This document shows, piece after piece, positions 22,873 through 36,504 of a DNA stretch of 64,000 nt. The number at the start of each line of letters is the position of its first letter. Positions within the stretch are counted from its first letter, which is position 1. This DNA comes from Octopus sinensis (lineage: Eukaryota). Location of the stretch: NCBI RefSeq assembly GCF_006345805.1, contig NC_043007.1, positions 11,098,001 through 11,162,000 on the forward strand, given 5' to 3'. The notes beneath the pieces are model-generated. The model had not been told where the DNA came from. It ran no database searches and saw only the letters and a list, made by a program, of their open reading frames with translations. A program made the translations under genes and the position numbers.

Positions 22873-23340
22873 TGGAAGCACTCCGTCAGTTACGACGATG
22901 AGGATTCCGGTTGATCCGAATCAACAGAACAGCCTGCTTGTGAAATTAACGTGTAAGTGGCTGAGCACTCCACAGACACGTGCACCCTTAACGTAGTTCT
23001 TGGGGATATTCAGCGTGACACAGAGAGTGACAAGGCCGGCCCCTTGAAATACAGGTACAACAGAAACAGGAAATAAGAGTGAGAGAAAGTTGTGGTGATC
23101 CCTGCTGTACTTTTTCACCACAACTTTCTCTCACTCTTACTTCCTGTTTCTGTTGTACCTGTATTTCAAGGGGCCGGCCTTGTCACTCTCTGTGTCACAC
23201 TGAATATCCCCGAGAACTACGTTAAGGCTACACGTGTCTGTGGAGTGCTCAGCCACTTACACGTTAATTTCACGAGCAGGCTGTTCCGTTGATTCGGATC
23301 AACCGGAACCCTCGTCGTCGTAACCGACGGAGTGCTTCCA
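22873..23340. repeat. 468-bp near-perfect palindrome of SINE body sequence (226-bp arms, 16-nt spacer)
   Basis: 22873-23098 versus 23115-23340, about 10 mismatches, many at CpG. Confidence 0.95.
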
Positions 23341-23567
23341 CACAATCATATCTACATTATTTGCATCACTTTTGGAATTGCTTAACTCTCTTGCATGCCG
23401 TCTTTTCACTCATGTATTATTAGACCCAACTCTGTTTGGAAATCAGTGTTCACTCAAAGTCAGTGAACAGCAATGACAAAACCAGTGTCTTTCTATATTG
23501 ACTCATTATAATGATTTTCATACTTTATTCTTTACTCTGCCTCAAATCATTTATATGTTTTGATGTG

Positions 23568-23608
<41 letters not shown>

Positions 23609-23740
23609 AAATGTATGTATGTATGTATATGTATGTATATATATATATGTATGTATGTATATGTATGCATCTTTATATATATATATATATATATAATATA
23701 TATATATATATATGTATCTATGTATATATATGTATATATA

Positions 23741-23784
<44 letters not shown>

Positions 23785-23787
23785 CAG

Positions 23788-24008
23788 AGGCGGTGAGCTG
23801 ACAGAGATGTTAGCACGCCGGGCGAAATGCGTAGCCGTATTTCGTCTGCCGCTACGTTGTGAGTTCAAATTCCGCCGAAGTCGACTTTACCTTTCATCCT
23901 TTCGGGGTCGATTAAATAAGTACCAGTTACGCACTGGGGTCGATATAATCGACTTAATCCGTTTGTTTGTCCTCTCTGTGTTTAGCCCCTTGTGGGTAGT
24001 AAAGAAAT
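23788..24008 (+). mobile_element. tRNA-derived SINE family 2 (also 2590-2817-, 9202-9433+, about 27039-27400+, 30809-31037+, many degenerate copies)
   Basis: Head aggcgg.gagctggcagaa.cgttagcacgccgggcgaaatg...gagttcaaattcc; 3' end gtgtttagccccttgtggg.agtaaagaaata. Confidence 0.85.
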
Positions 24009-25379
24009 ATATATATATACAGAGAGAGAGAGAGAGAGAGAAAACTTACTTGGAAAAGGATGCGTGACGTTCGATCATATAATAATATAAAATAATATAT
24101 AAATATATACATATATGTAGGCGTGGGCATGGCTGTGTGGTTAGGGAGCTTGCTTCCTAGCTACATGGTTTCGGGTTCAGTCCCACCACGTGGCACTTTG
24201 GACAGGTGTCTTTCACTATAGCCCCGAGCTGACCGGAGCTTTGTGATTGAATTCGGTAGGTGGAAGTTACTGCCGTGTGTGTATACGTGCGTGTAGGTGC
24301 TTGTGCCTCTCCCAAAGAGAGAGAGAGGGATATACATACATATATGTACATACCTACATATATATGTATATATACAGGCACATGTGTGTACAGGACATCA
24401 AAAAAAAAATGTTGAACACAATGAGAAAAGAAAACATAGAAACAAAAATATAGAAACAAACTTTTATTTCGAACAATGAAAAAAACAGAGAAACGAGACA
24501 CACAACATAAAGAATATTCCCCTTCTTCAGTTGTCCCTGTTTCACCTACTCCGTGTTTTTGTATATATATTATGTTGATGAATGAAATTAATTTTTATAA
24601 TTCTAATCCAGAAACACGAACCATAATTAATCGAAGACTGTTTGATTTTATTATTTTATTTTTTCTTTTGCCTTATGTGAGTTACAAGTATAGTTCTCTG
24701 TGGAGTCATATTTGTAGTGAAAAGAATTAGCGGCCTTTTGGCTGCTATTTCTAAATTTTCGCTATGTGCTGAAGCAACTTGTTGCTAAACCCTTAATTAT
24801 ATATGTGTCTGTGTGTATCTATTTGGAGCAATAAGTATACAATTTGTTTAAGAAATAATAATGTAATCTATATGATTATTGATTGATAAATATGGATTTC
24901 TAACTTTTTTTTATTTGTTAATGATAATTTAGATATACTCTCTTTTTATTCTTTTACTTGTTTCAGTCATTTGACTGCGGCCATGCTGGAGCACCGCCTT
25001 TAATCGAGCAACTCGACCCCGGGACTTATTCTTTTGTAAGCCCAGTACTTATTCAATCGGTCTCTTTTGCCGAACCGCTAAGTAACAGGGACATAAACAC
25101 ACCAGCATCGGTTGTCAAGCAATGCTAGGGGGACACACACAAATACACACACGCATATATATATATACATATATACGACGGGCTTCTTTCAGTTTCCATC
25201 TACCAAATCCACTCACAAGGCTTTGGTTGGCCCGAGGCTATAGTAGAAGACACTTGCCCAAGGTGCCACGCAGTGGGACTGAACCCAGAACCATGTGGTT
25301 GGTAAACAAGCTACTTACCACACAGCCACTCCTGCGCCTATATATGTACATTTATTTAATTATTCTTATTTTATAATTA

Positions 25380-26480
25380 TTATATGTGAAAAATATTAGT
25401 TTGGTCACTTTGTGAATTAGATTGTTAAAATCTTTTAATATAGTTAAAGTTTTTTATTTAGTACTATTGAATTTAATAATAATAATAATAATAAGTACTT
25501 TTTTCACAAATAGTTTTATAAACGATAAGTAATATGTTTTTAGTTTTGGAATTTTTTATTTTTTATTTCATAATTATTTTCAGAATGATAGGTATAATAC
25601 TTATTTGAGAAATAATGGAGTAATATATTTATTTATTTATATGTTTATTGATTGAAAAAATATGGATTTCTAATTGCTATATTTGTTAATTATAATTTTA
25701 TAATTATTATATATGAACTAAAATCTAAAAGTATTAAGTGCGATTGTTTTGTAAAATAGCTTGTAACATAAAATATTAGAGTATAGCTAGTGAAAAGATA
25801 TTCTATAGTTTGTTAATGTTATTATTAAAGTTAAATTATATCCTCACAGATAAATACATTTTTCTATCTATTTACTCTATTTTTTTACCTTAGGTTTTTA
25901 ACTTGATAAATGTATTATAGCCACCTGGTCCTACTGTTTAAGTTTCAAATTTAATTAATGGAGTTTCTTCTATAAGAACAATCATGATTTTATTTCATTA
26001 ATAAATATTGTTTAATTCTATTTGATTATTTATTTAACTACTATTGTTATTATTGTTGACCTGAGGAGTGATTATACTTTTAAATTGAATTATTTTTTGA
26101 TGAAATTTAAATTTAACTCTAATTCAAATTGAAATTATAGCCATGAAACGTACATAGTCTTTTTACTTATTTTATATTGTTTATTCATTTTTGTACTTTT
26201 TGTAATCTAGTTATATGTTTTAAAATATATTTTATTTTTTCTTTATGATTTGGTTTATGTCTATCATTGTTTGAATAGTGGCTTTTCTCAAATTGTGAGC
26301 GAGAGTGTTCGTAAGTACGAGTTAAAAGAGGAAAGATGCTGAATTCTCAGAGTAAAATTTGTTTCCTTGTTATGTGTTGTTGTTGTTGTAGTGGTTCTCA
26401 AACTGTTTCTCTTTGTTTTTGCTCACGGCACAATTTTGAGCAAACAAAAATATGTTGGCGCACTCTTTGGGCATTGGTTA
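25380..26480 (-). mobile_element. Highly decayed AT-rich element with a GIY-YIG C-terminal motif (probable PLE)
   Basis: Minus-strand LIEETPLIKFET*TVGPGGYN at about 25912-25970 fits E..lI....T..P.GYN. Its 26319-26480 part recurs at 53656-53849. Confidence 0.4.
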
Positions 26481-27984
26481 TCAACCTGTGCTCCACTGGT
26501 TGATAAGCATTAAGCGGACAAACACAGAACCCCCCACATACTTCCAGTTTTAATACTGTTATTGCTGATAAGGCCAGTAATCTAGCAGAATTGTTACCGT
26601 ACCGGGGAAAATGCTTAGCAGTATTCCGTACGTCTTCCGGTCCTGAGTTCAAATTCCGTCAAGGTCAACTTTCCCTTTCATCCTTTCGAGATCGATAAAT
26701 TAAGTACCACTTGGATTGATGAAATTGACTAGCTCCCTCACACCAAATTTCAGGTCCTGTGCCTTTAGTAGAAAGGGTTATTGTTGTTGTTGTTGTTCAT
26801 GTTCTTGTTAAGGGGGCATGTAGGCAGAATCGTTAACACTCCAAGCAAAATATTTGGGGGGTTTTGTCCGTCTTTATGTTTTGAGTTCAGATTCCGCTGA
26901 GGATGCCATCGCCTTTTGTGCTTTTGGGTTTGATAAAATAAGTAGAAATCAAAGCACCCCGATTGATATAATAGACTAACTCCGTTCCCAACCCACTGAA
27001 TAGTGCTGACCTTGTACCAAAATTGGAAACATTATTTAAGGTGGTGAGCTGGCAGAAACGTTAGCAAACTGGGCGAAATGCTTTGCAGTATTTCGTCTGC
27101 CGTTATGTTCTGAGTTCAAATTCCGCTGAGGTTGACTTTGCCTTTCATTCTTTCAGAGTCAATAAATTAAGTACCAGTTATGCACTGGGGTCGATGTAAT
27201 CGACTTTATCCATTTGTCTGTCCTTGTTTGTCCCCTCTATGTTTAGCCCCTTGTGGGTTGTAAAGAAATAGGTATTTCGTCTGCCATTACGTTCTGAGTT
27301 CAAATTCCACCGAGGTCAACTTTGCCTTTCATCCTTTCGGAGTCGATAATTTAAGTACCAGTTGCGTACTGGAATCGATTTAATCGCCTGACCCCCTCCA
27401 TAGAAAATTTTTGGAGGTTTGCACAGCAACAAGGGAAGTAATTCAATATATCCTTTTAAGTATATTGAAGTTCTGTCCCTTGAACCTCAGAACTTCTTTG
27501 GTATTGTCCTTGTTTGGCCCCTCTATGTTTAGCCCCTTAACAGCATTTTACTTGCATTTTCTTTATGAATTCAATATCTGCCGAGGTCGACTTTGCCTTT
27601 CGTCTTGACGGAATCAATAAAATATGTATCACTTGAACACTGGGGTTAATGTAATCAACTTACCCACTTCCCCGAAATTGCTGGCACTGTGCCGAAAATA
27701 GAAACCAATCGTTTATATTTTAGGAAAACACAGACTTAAAAAAAAAAGAAAAAATTTTCATTTTCGCTTTTGACAAGGTAAACACTTTTACTTCCATCGA
27801 GCAACGGAGAGTAAGGCGGAGATTTTTTTTCTTTTTATATTTCTGCAGATTTTTGTATCAAAACTTTTAGTCTCATTTCATAATTTCACAATTCAGGAAA
27901 ATTTCCTGAATATAATACAAAAGATTTTTTTTTAACAAAGAAGAAAGTGAAGGAGTTTTACCAATGGAAAATAAGTTTTATTTA

Positions 27985-28018
<34 letters not shown>

Positions 28019-28437
28019 TTATTGTATACTGTGCTCAGGTGCTCCACAACTTGTCAAAAGTGCGTATAAAGCATATGCAGTAATGTACAAATATCTGGAA
28101 AGCGAACAGTGTATGAGTCAGATACATGTGTAGGGTTATACGACCGTACGTAAGGAGGGTGGTGACAAATGTCTCCTTTTATACGCCGCACGGTCGCATC
28201 CGAACAATAATATGAGAAGCCAGATACATGACATATGAATACAGTGCCAAAAGATAATAAAGAAGGATGATCAACAAGCCGTTCCAATGTTTGAGAGAAG
28301 ACATTATTTACGAGGTGTTAAAGTGAAAGAGTTGTGGGTGCTAGCAAGATGGTTCGTGTGTGTGTGTGCGTGCATGCGACAAGTGCGACAGAAGGTACAA
28401 ATAATAGTGTATGCTCAAAAAACAGAAATATAGAGCA

Positions 28438-28727
28438 CTAGCAGTATCGCCCGGCGTTGCTCGGGTTTGTAAGGGAAATAACAATATAAGTATTTTTAGA
28501 GAGTTACTTCCCTTATATAACCCGAGCAAAAATCATTAAAAAAGCGGAAAAATGATGGTAAATTTTTTTTTAAATCGTACGCTAATACCCAGAATGGCTC
28601 GATATGAATGACGACTATAAGATACCCATTTTTGGTTAAACTGCACCGTAAAATGTGGAAGTAGTTAGGAATCTAAATCGGAGGAGACAGAGTCTTACAC
28701 ACACAACTTCAATTTTATATATAAAGA
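28438..28727 (-). mobile_element. Non-autonomous Helitron with the same termini as 4204-4595 but a different interior
   Basis: Minus strand A|TCTTTATATATAAAATTGAAGTTG ... CCCGAGCAACGCCGGGCGATACTGCTAG|T. Confidence 0.75.
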
Positions 28728-30270
28728 TAAGATGAATGTCTCAGCATTAAGAGTTAAGATGGAATTTGTTTACCAGTTCGTAAGGTACGCGATAGCAAGA
28801 GATCTATAACAAGATGTTGTGTCTCGAGGCGAAGGCTGGTTGGGCACATGTTGTGCAGCGGTTGGAGCCTCAACGCTGAGCTGAGTCTCTAGATATAGTA
28901 TTTCTTTAGATGGACTGACTGTTATCCTTGGTGAAAGGTTCACTCTAACAGCGAGAGTCAAACTTGGTCGGTGTTGGTGATGTGTACATGCTGTTGACGG
29001 TGATAATGGCGACGATGATGAAGACGACGTTGGTGATGACGGCGTCGGAGATAGATAACGTTCTGTCTGTCGCTGGTATATAATAGCGTCGTAGTAGCTG
29101 GCTGTCATCTGTTGCTGGAACTGGAACATAGCTGAGTGGCTCTGTGGTCAGTGACCAGACCTTAGAAGGTCTATAGTCGAAAGACAAAGAATAGTGGAAG
29201 CTGGCCCTTTCATAGAGAAGAAAGGGCTCAAAGAAGCAGGCCTTATCCGAAGGCCGTAATTTGCTGGCTTTACACAGAGGCGCGAAATAAGTATAGAGAG
29301 AGAAACCACGCCACATGCAAACCAATCAGATCAGTGGACACAACAGGGACTACCCAGAAAAAGATGTCTATAATCTCAAACGAGATCATTCCTGTTGTGT
29401 CACTCAAACAGTGAGGATATCAGATACGCTGCAAATGCTTGCGTGTGTATGGAGGGGAGAAAATCAGGTGTAGTGTTGGCGAATCTCAGGAAGCATGGAA
29501 GTTTTGAAGGATGGAGTGCTCCGACAACTAACAACTGATGCCAACACTTTGTTCAATGCTTCAGCAACTCTTAGTGTGCTTTGAACCAACGGGAAAATGG
29601 ATGTAATATTACTGTTCTTTTTAAATACCATTTACTTGTTTCAGTCATTGGACTGTGGCCATGCTGGGGCACCACCTTGGAGAGTTTTAGTCGAACAAAT
29701 AAACCCCAGTATGTTTTTTTTTTAAAGTCTAATTCTTGATTTTTGTTTTGTTTCCTGCTGAATTGCTACGCTACAGGGACGTAGACAAACCGACACTGGT
29801 TGCTAAGCGTTAGGAGGACAAACACTAGTCCAAAGATACGCAGACAGACAGACCCCCCCTCAGCCACACACACACATTTCCAGTTTTAATATCGTTGTTG
29901 TTCATAGTTTGATTTCGTTTTCTCTTAATTCTTCCTGTTAATATTGTCTACGTCACAACCAATTTCTAGTGTCTAAGTAAATTAATTATAAAATTGTACA
30001 GTTTTTTCCCTGCATTTGGTGAAAAAGCATAAATATAAAAATTACAACAGAAAAAAAAGAGACTTTATAGCTTTAAGGAGAGGCATGCCATTTTTAATGT
30101 ATTGTCCAAGCTAAAACAAAAAAACAATATGATTCCAAACAAGTAAAATACATGTTTTCTAAGTATCCATTATAATGTTTCCGGTACTGTATAGATATAT
30201 ATGAAGAGAGAGAGAAAGGCAATTATGCAGATAAGCAAATTAAATATAACATCTTGGGTTTGATATACGA

Positions 30271-30302
<32 letters not shown>

Positions 30303-30458
30303 CGTGTGTGTGTGCGTGCGTGTATCTGCTCACCTGGATTCCTCGTATAGCCACTATCTACTCCGCGGAATTGGTCCCTCGAATCATTTGAAAACTACTA
30401 ACTGTTTACTGTACTGAGAATCTTTGGATCTCATCAATTGATTATTTATAGATAGATT

Positions 30459-30542
<84 letters not shown>

Positions 30543-31584
30543 TATTGTAGTGTGATGGATGAAGAGGACAACAGAAGGGGAAGCAACAGGAGAAAGAAAT
30601 ACAAAAAGGCCTTACCTCGGCGAAGATCAGAGGTCTCTTACGAATTCGACACGTCCTGTCGCTTCCTCGTTTATGTTCAAACTGCCCGCTTCGTCGATGA
30701 GCACACGTGCGTCCCTGCTTGACCGCACATCCCATAGCACCGACTGCCAACACCACACATATATATAGAGAGAGCGAAAGGTAGATAGACAGATATACAT
30801 ATGCTATTCGGCGAGCTGGCAGAAACGTTAGCACGCCGGGCGAAATGCGTAGCCGTATTTCGTCTGCCGTTACGTTTTGAGTTCAAATTCCGCCGAGGTC
30901 GACTTTGCCTTTCATCCTTTCGGGGGTCGATTAAATAAGTACCAGTTACGCACTGGAGTCGATATAATCGACTTAATCCGTTTGTCTGTCCTTGTTTGTC
31001 CTCTCTGTGTTTAGTCCCTTGTGGGTAGTAAGAAATAGGTATACATATACTATTCGTTTCTACACAGTTTCCAACTGTCACAAGACATTGTTTGGTCCAG
31101 GTCTATAGAAAAAGACACTTGTACATTGAGCTGCGCTTTGTGACTGAACCCGAAACCACATGGTTGCAAAAACCGCTTCTTAACCATTCATCTAAATCCT
31201 CCTTGTATATCCAAAATTTTTGTCAGCTTTACGTTCATATTTGGCTGCAATTTCTATCAATTCGAACTTATAGGTACATTCATTAAAAAGTGTACTTTAA
31301 TCTGTAAAACTACTTCAAGAGTTATTTCCCTTGTTATGGACCACCAATTCAAAATAGAAATTCAAGGGAGATAATCGAAGGTTCAAATATACCTGTTATC
31401 TACCATGAAATGAAGATCGAGCATATTGGATAGAGTACGGCCATTCTGGAGCATTCCTTTGAAAGGAATTTCGACGCTTATATCGTCATAATACATATGT
31501 ATGATGCGTATTATATCGGAGACTATTTGCAGAGTTTACAAGTTGCAAAACAAATGAATCCATTTGTATATAGACAGACACTTG

Positions 31585-31860
31585 TGCATGTACGTGTGTG
31601 TGTGCGTGCGAGTATGCGAGCGCGTGTGTGAGTATATGTGTGTGTGAGAGCATGTGTGTGTATGCGTGTGTGTCAGCGTGCTTGCGTGTGTATGCGTGTG
31701 TGTGTGTACATGTATGTTTGTGTGCATGTACGTGTGTGTGTGCGTGCGAGTATGCGTGCGCGTGTGTGAGTATATGTGTGTGTGAGAGCATGTGTGTGTC
31801 AGCGTGCTTGCGTGTGTATGTGCGTGAGCATGTATGCGTGTGTGTGTGTGTGTACATGTA
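31585..31860. repeat. GT-rich cryptic microsatellite with a roughly 138-bp tandem duplication
   Basis: tgtgcatgtacgtgtgtgtgtgcgtgcgagtatgcg... occurs twice. Confidence 0.8.
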
Positions 31861-32082
31861 TGTTTGTGTGCGAATGTGTGTGTGCATGTACTTATGTGTG
31901 TGTCTGTATGTGAGGGCGCGCGCGCGTACTTGTATGAGTATATTTTGTGTGTGCGTGTTGTGTGTGCGCCCGTGCATGCTTATGAGTGTGTGTGTGTGCA
32001 TGTCTGTGTTTAAGTGTGTCTGTGTGAGTGTGTGCCCGTGGGTACGTGTGTGCATCCCTCAGTTATTAGGCTGTCACTTGTG

Positions 32083-32400
32083 AGGGCGCGTGGCTTAGTG
32101 GTTAGGGCATTCGGCTCATGATTGTAAGGTTGTGAGTTCGATTCCCTCCGACACGTTGTGTCCTTGAGCAAGACACTTTATTTCACGTTGCTCCAGTCCA
32201 CTCAGCTGGCAAAAATGAGTTGTACTTGTATTTCAAAGGGTCAGCATTGTCACTCTCTGTGTCACGCTGATTATCCCCGAGAACTACGTTAAGGGTACAC
32301 GTGTCTGTGGAATGCTCAGCCATTTGCACGTTAATTTCACGAGCAAGCTGTTCCGTTGATCGTATCAGCTGGGACCCTCGTCGTCGTAACCGGCGGAGTC
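32083..32400 (+). mobile_element. tRNA-derived SINE family 3 (related copies 10385-10690+, 21915-22245-, 37884-38225+, 39433-39735+)
   Basis: Head ggcgc.tggc.tagtggttaggg...gttcgattccc (A/B boxes) with related bodies. Confidence 0.8.
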
Positions 32401-32506
32401 TTTTTTTTAGGCTGTCACTTCCAGTTTGATGTTTTAACTTGCAAGGGAGGTAACTGTCATCTACACTAACTAGAATTTTAAAATCAGAACTTTTACATGG
32501 AAGCAT

Positions 32507-32900
32507 TTTTATTTCATTTCATTTCATTTCATTTCATTTGAGTTTGAGTCCATGCTCAGGCCAAGTCGAAGACTCCACCCTCAGAGTCTGGTGTGGTTGC
32601 CAGGTTGTATTCTCTGTTTAATTTTGACATTTTGACAATTTTGACATGTGTAGGAGCGAGTTGTGTATATTCTGGGAGATGGGGTTCATCTCTAATGGTG
32701 CTTAAGTATCTATCCAGCTGCAATTTGAATGATTCCACACTGCATCCTGATAGATTTCTGACATGTACCGGAATGGAGTTGAATAGTTGTGCTCCTCGAA
32801 CCAACAGACTTGATTCTCGCAGGGATTTTTGTTGCCTGGCCAGCCTTTTTGTTGATTGGCGGTAGCTGGCAGCGTCTTCCGTGGCGCCGTGAGTGGTATA
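32507..32900 (-). mobile_element. LINE 3' end (CR1/L2/Jockey-group type) with (TGAAA)n tail
   Basis: RESSLLVRGAQLFNSIPVHVRNLSGCSVESFKLQLDRYLSTIRDEP, followed by a pentanucleotide tail. Confidence 0.75.
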
Positions 32901-34577
32901 TATTACCATTTTTAGAATCTGACAGATACGTCGACCACAAAATTGTAGCAACATCCATATTATCGCAACAGAATTTTATTATACGTTGCATTATTATTAA
33001 ACAGAAATGGCAGAGTTTTAGATAAAATGTTTTTGGAGTTTGTAGTTATTTCCCTTTGCACGAAGTTCAAATAATGCCACATATGAACTTTGGTTAAATA
33101 TAAATTATCAACGGATATATTTGAATCGATAACATAAGATTGGTTGATTGATATTATAAATGGGGATTATGAAATGAAACCCCACTTCTCTGGAAGTCTT
33201 TTATTTGTTTGAGTATTGGACTGCGGCCACGCTGTAGCACCGGCTTGGAAGGCTTAAGTGAAACAAATCGAGCACAGGACTTTTATCTTTTTGAAGCCTA
33301 GTACTAATTCTGTCGGTGCCTTTTGCCGAACCGCTTAGTTATGGAGACATAACACACCATCACCATTTGTCAAGTTGTGATAAGGAAATAAACACAGACA
33401 CACACACACACGACGGGCTGAAGGCTTTGGTCAGCCCGAGGCTATAGCAGAAGAAACTTGCCCAAGGTGCCATGCAGTAGGAACCATGTGGTTGGGCAGC
33501 AAGCTTTTTACCACACACAGCCATGCCTGCGCCTATTCTGTCGGTCTTTTTTTAGTGGAACCGCTTATTTACAAGGATGTAAACAAACCAGCAACGGTTG
33601 TAAAACGGTAAGAGGACAGATACTAAACGCACGCACACACACACACACACACACACATATGAGTGTGTATATGCATGCATGTATATATGCATACCAAGGA
33701 TTTGGGCAGCAAGGCTATTATCGAAGACTCTTGCCTGAGGTGCCATGCCGTGGGACTGAACTCAAAGCCATGTGATTGGGAAGCAAATTCCTAACTGCAC
33801 GGCCATACCTCAACCTGGATGTTATAAATCGTTGTCGTAGTAGCAGCAGCAGTAGTAGTAGTAGCAGTAGTAGTAGTAGTAGTAGTAGTAGCATCAGCAG
33901 CAGCAATAGCTGCAGGGACAGCAGTAGTAGTAGACAGTGGTGACGATGTGGAGGCGGCTGTGGACTATAAGGTGGTGGAGACTGTGGCTGTGGACAGCTG
34001 TCCGCCCCACCCTCAAGGCTGAAATAATGAATTCTTCCTTCCTCTTTATTCCCACCCCTACATCTTCCTCCTCTTTTCCTTTCTCTCTTTTTAACCCATT
34101 CTCCAGTCATTCCCTGATTGATTAATCAACATAGAAGAGAGAAAGAGAGAAATGCAGGGGACGATTAAATTTAATAAAATTTGACATAATTTAATCATGA
34201 TTAAATAATGAATTAAGGTGCCGACTAAACCTTTGGTATACACACAAACATGCATGCATACAGCCATGCGTACACACACTCACATGTGTGTGTGTGTGAG
34301 TGTGTGCACGTGGTTAGTATATGTTCTCTTACCACTTGAGAATTACTGCTTTGTTTAACATCCTTGTAAATAAGCAGTTCTGGAAAAAAAAAAAAAAGAC
34401 AAACAGAATACATAGGCGCAGGAGTGGCTGTGTGGTAAGTAGCTTGCTAACCAACCACATGGTTCCGGGTTCAGTCCCACTGCGTGGCATCTTGGGCAAG
34501 TGTCTTCTGCTATAGCCCCAGGCCGACCAATGCCTTGTGAGTGGATTTGGTAGACGGAAACTGAAAGAAGCCTGTCG

Positions 34578-34616
<39 letters not shown>

Positions 34617-36504
34617 CTGTGTTTGTCCCCCTAGCATTGCTTGACAACCGATGCTGGTGTGTTTACGTCCCCGTAACTTAAAGGTTCAGCAAAAGAGACT
34701 GATAGAATAAATGCTAGGCTTACAAAGAATAAGTCCCAGGGTCGATTTGCTCGACTAAAGGCGGTGCTCCAGCATGGCCACAGTCAAATGACTGAAACAA
34801 GTAAAAGAGAGTAAAAGAGTATGCCATATTTTAAAAAAATAAGAGTACTAGGGCCTATTTGTTTGACTAAAACCTTCGAAGCTGGTGCTCCAGCATGGCC
34901 ACAGTCCAATGAGTGAAACAAACAAATGGCCACCAGGAGAAGATTTTGTTTTACAATTTTCCATTTAAAATCTCAATCAACCAATCTTATGTAATCGATT
35001 ATATCGATCCAAATATATCCATTGATAATTCATGCTAATCAAAGTTGGTAGAACCATTAGCACATTGGTCAAAAGTGTTTATCAGAATTTCTTCTGGTAC
35101 TTTACATTCTGAGTTCAAATCTTGCCAATGTCAACTTTGCTTTCTGTCTTTTCAGGGTCAATAAAATAAGTACCAGTCAAGTACTGTTGTTGAGGATGTA
35201 AACAAACTAACACCAGTTGTCATGCAATGATGGAGATAATGATAAGGACTATTGAACCAGAAACACATGTTCACGACAGCCCTGTCGTTTCTAGACGATA
35301 ATTCTGTCCTTTTTCTCTTTAATGGCATGTCAGTATTGGAGAATTTTTTTATTCTTGCAATTGTCTCCCCTTCTCAAGTGAAGGCAGTCTTAATTGTTGA
35401 TCGGTAATTAGGACGCATCCTCTAGAGGCAGTGATAATTTTAATAAATGGAGAATTTAATGTGGCAGGCTGGTAGAATCATTAGCACACCAGGCGAAATA
35501 CCTAGTAGCATTGCGTTGGTCTATATGTTCTGAGTTCAAATTCCACCGAGGTCCACTTTACCTTTCATCCGTTCAGATGTTGTATGTTGGGAAGACTTTG
35601 TGCCAATAATAAACACACACACTGGTTCTATTTTACTTCTTTATTTTTATTTATCAATAAATTAACCATTTCACCAGTTAGCTAATTGATCGTTTGATCA
35701 ATCATCCAAATAAATCAATCAGAGTCCCACAAGCAGCCTTGGAGTTCCCCATTCCAAAAGCTATTATGACACATTCTACATGCTATTATTTATAGATTTA
35801 ACTAAGGCAGGCAGCTAGCTGGGCCATTAGTATGCCAGACTAAATGCTTGGTGGTATTTTGTCTGTCTTTACATTCTGAGTTAATATTTCGAAATTAGAC
35901 TTTGAATTAGACCTGATATTTTCAGTCACTGTTCCTTATTTTTGAAGCAAGTCAGAAAATGCTAGGCTCTTTTACTCTTTTATTTGTTTCAGTCATTTGA
36001 CTGCGGCCATGCTGGAGCACCACCTTTAGTCGAGCAAATCAACCCCGGGACTTATTCTTTGTAAGCCCAGTACTTATTCTATCGGCCTCTTTTGCTGAAC
36101 TGCTAAGTGACGGGGACGTAAACACACCAGCATCGGTTGTCAAGCAATGCTAGAGGTACAAACACAGACACGCAAACACACACATACATATATACGACAG
36201 GCTTCTTTCAGTTTCCGTCTACCAAATCCACTCACAGGGCATTGGTCGGCCCGGGGCTATAGCAGAAGACACTTGCCCAAGATGCCACGCAGTGGGACTG
36301 AACCCGGAACCATGTGGTTGGTTAGCAAGCTACTTACCACACAGCCACTCCTGCGCCTATAAAGTCGACCTCGGCGGAATTTGAACACAGAATGTAATAG
36401 CAGACGAAATACGGCTAAGCATTTCGCCCAGCATGCTAACGTTTCTGCCAGCTCGCCAAAACTTCAAGGTTTTTAAGGCTCTTTATGAGTGCATATATAT
36501 TGTC

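Noticed and set aside
25380-26300. Possible mitochondrial insertion (NUMT)
   Set aside because: Very AT-rich, but I found no recognisable mitochondrial gene or tRNA; a GIY-YIG C-terminal motif suggests decayed PLE sequence.
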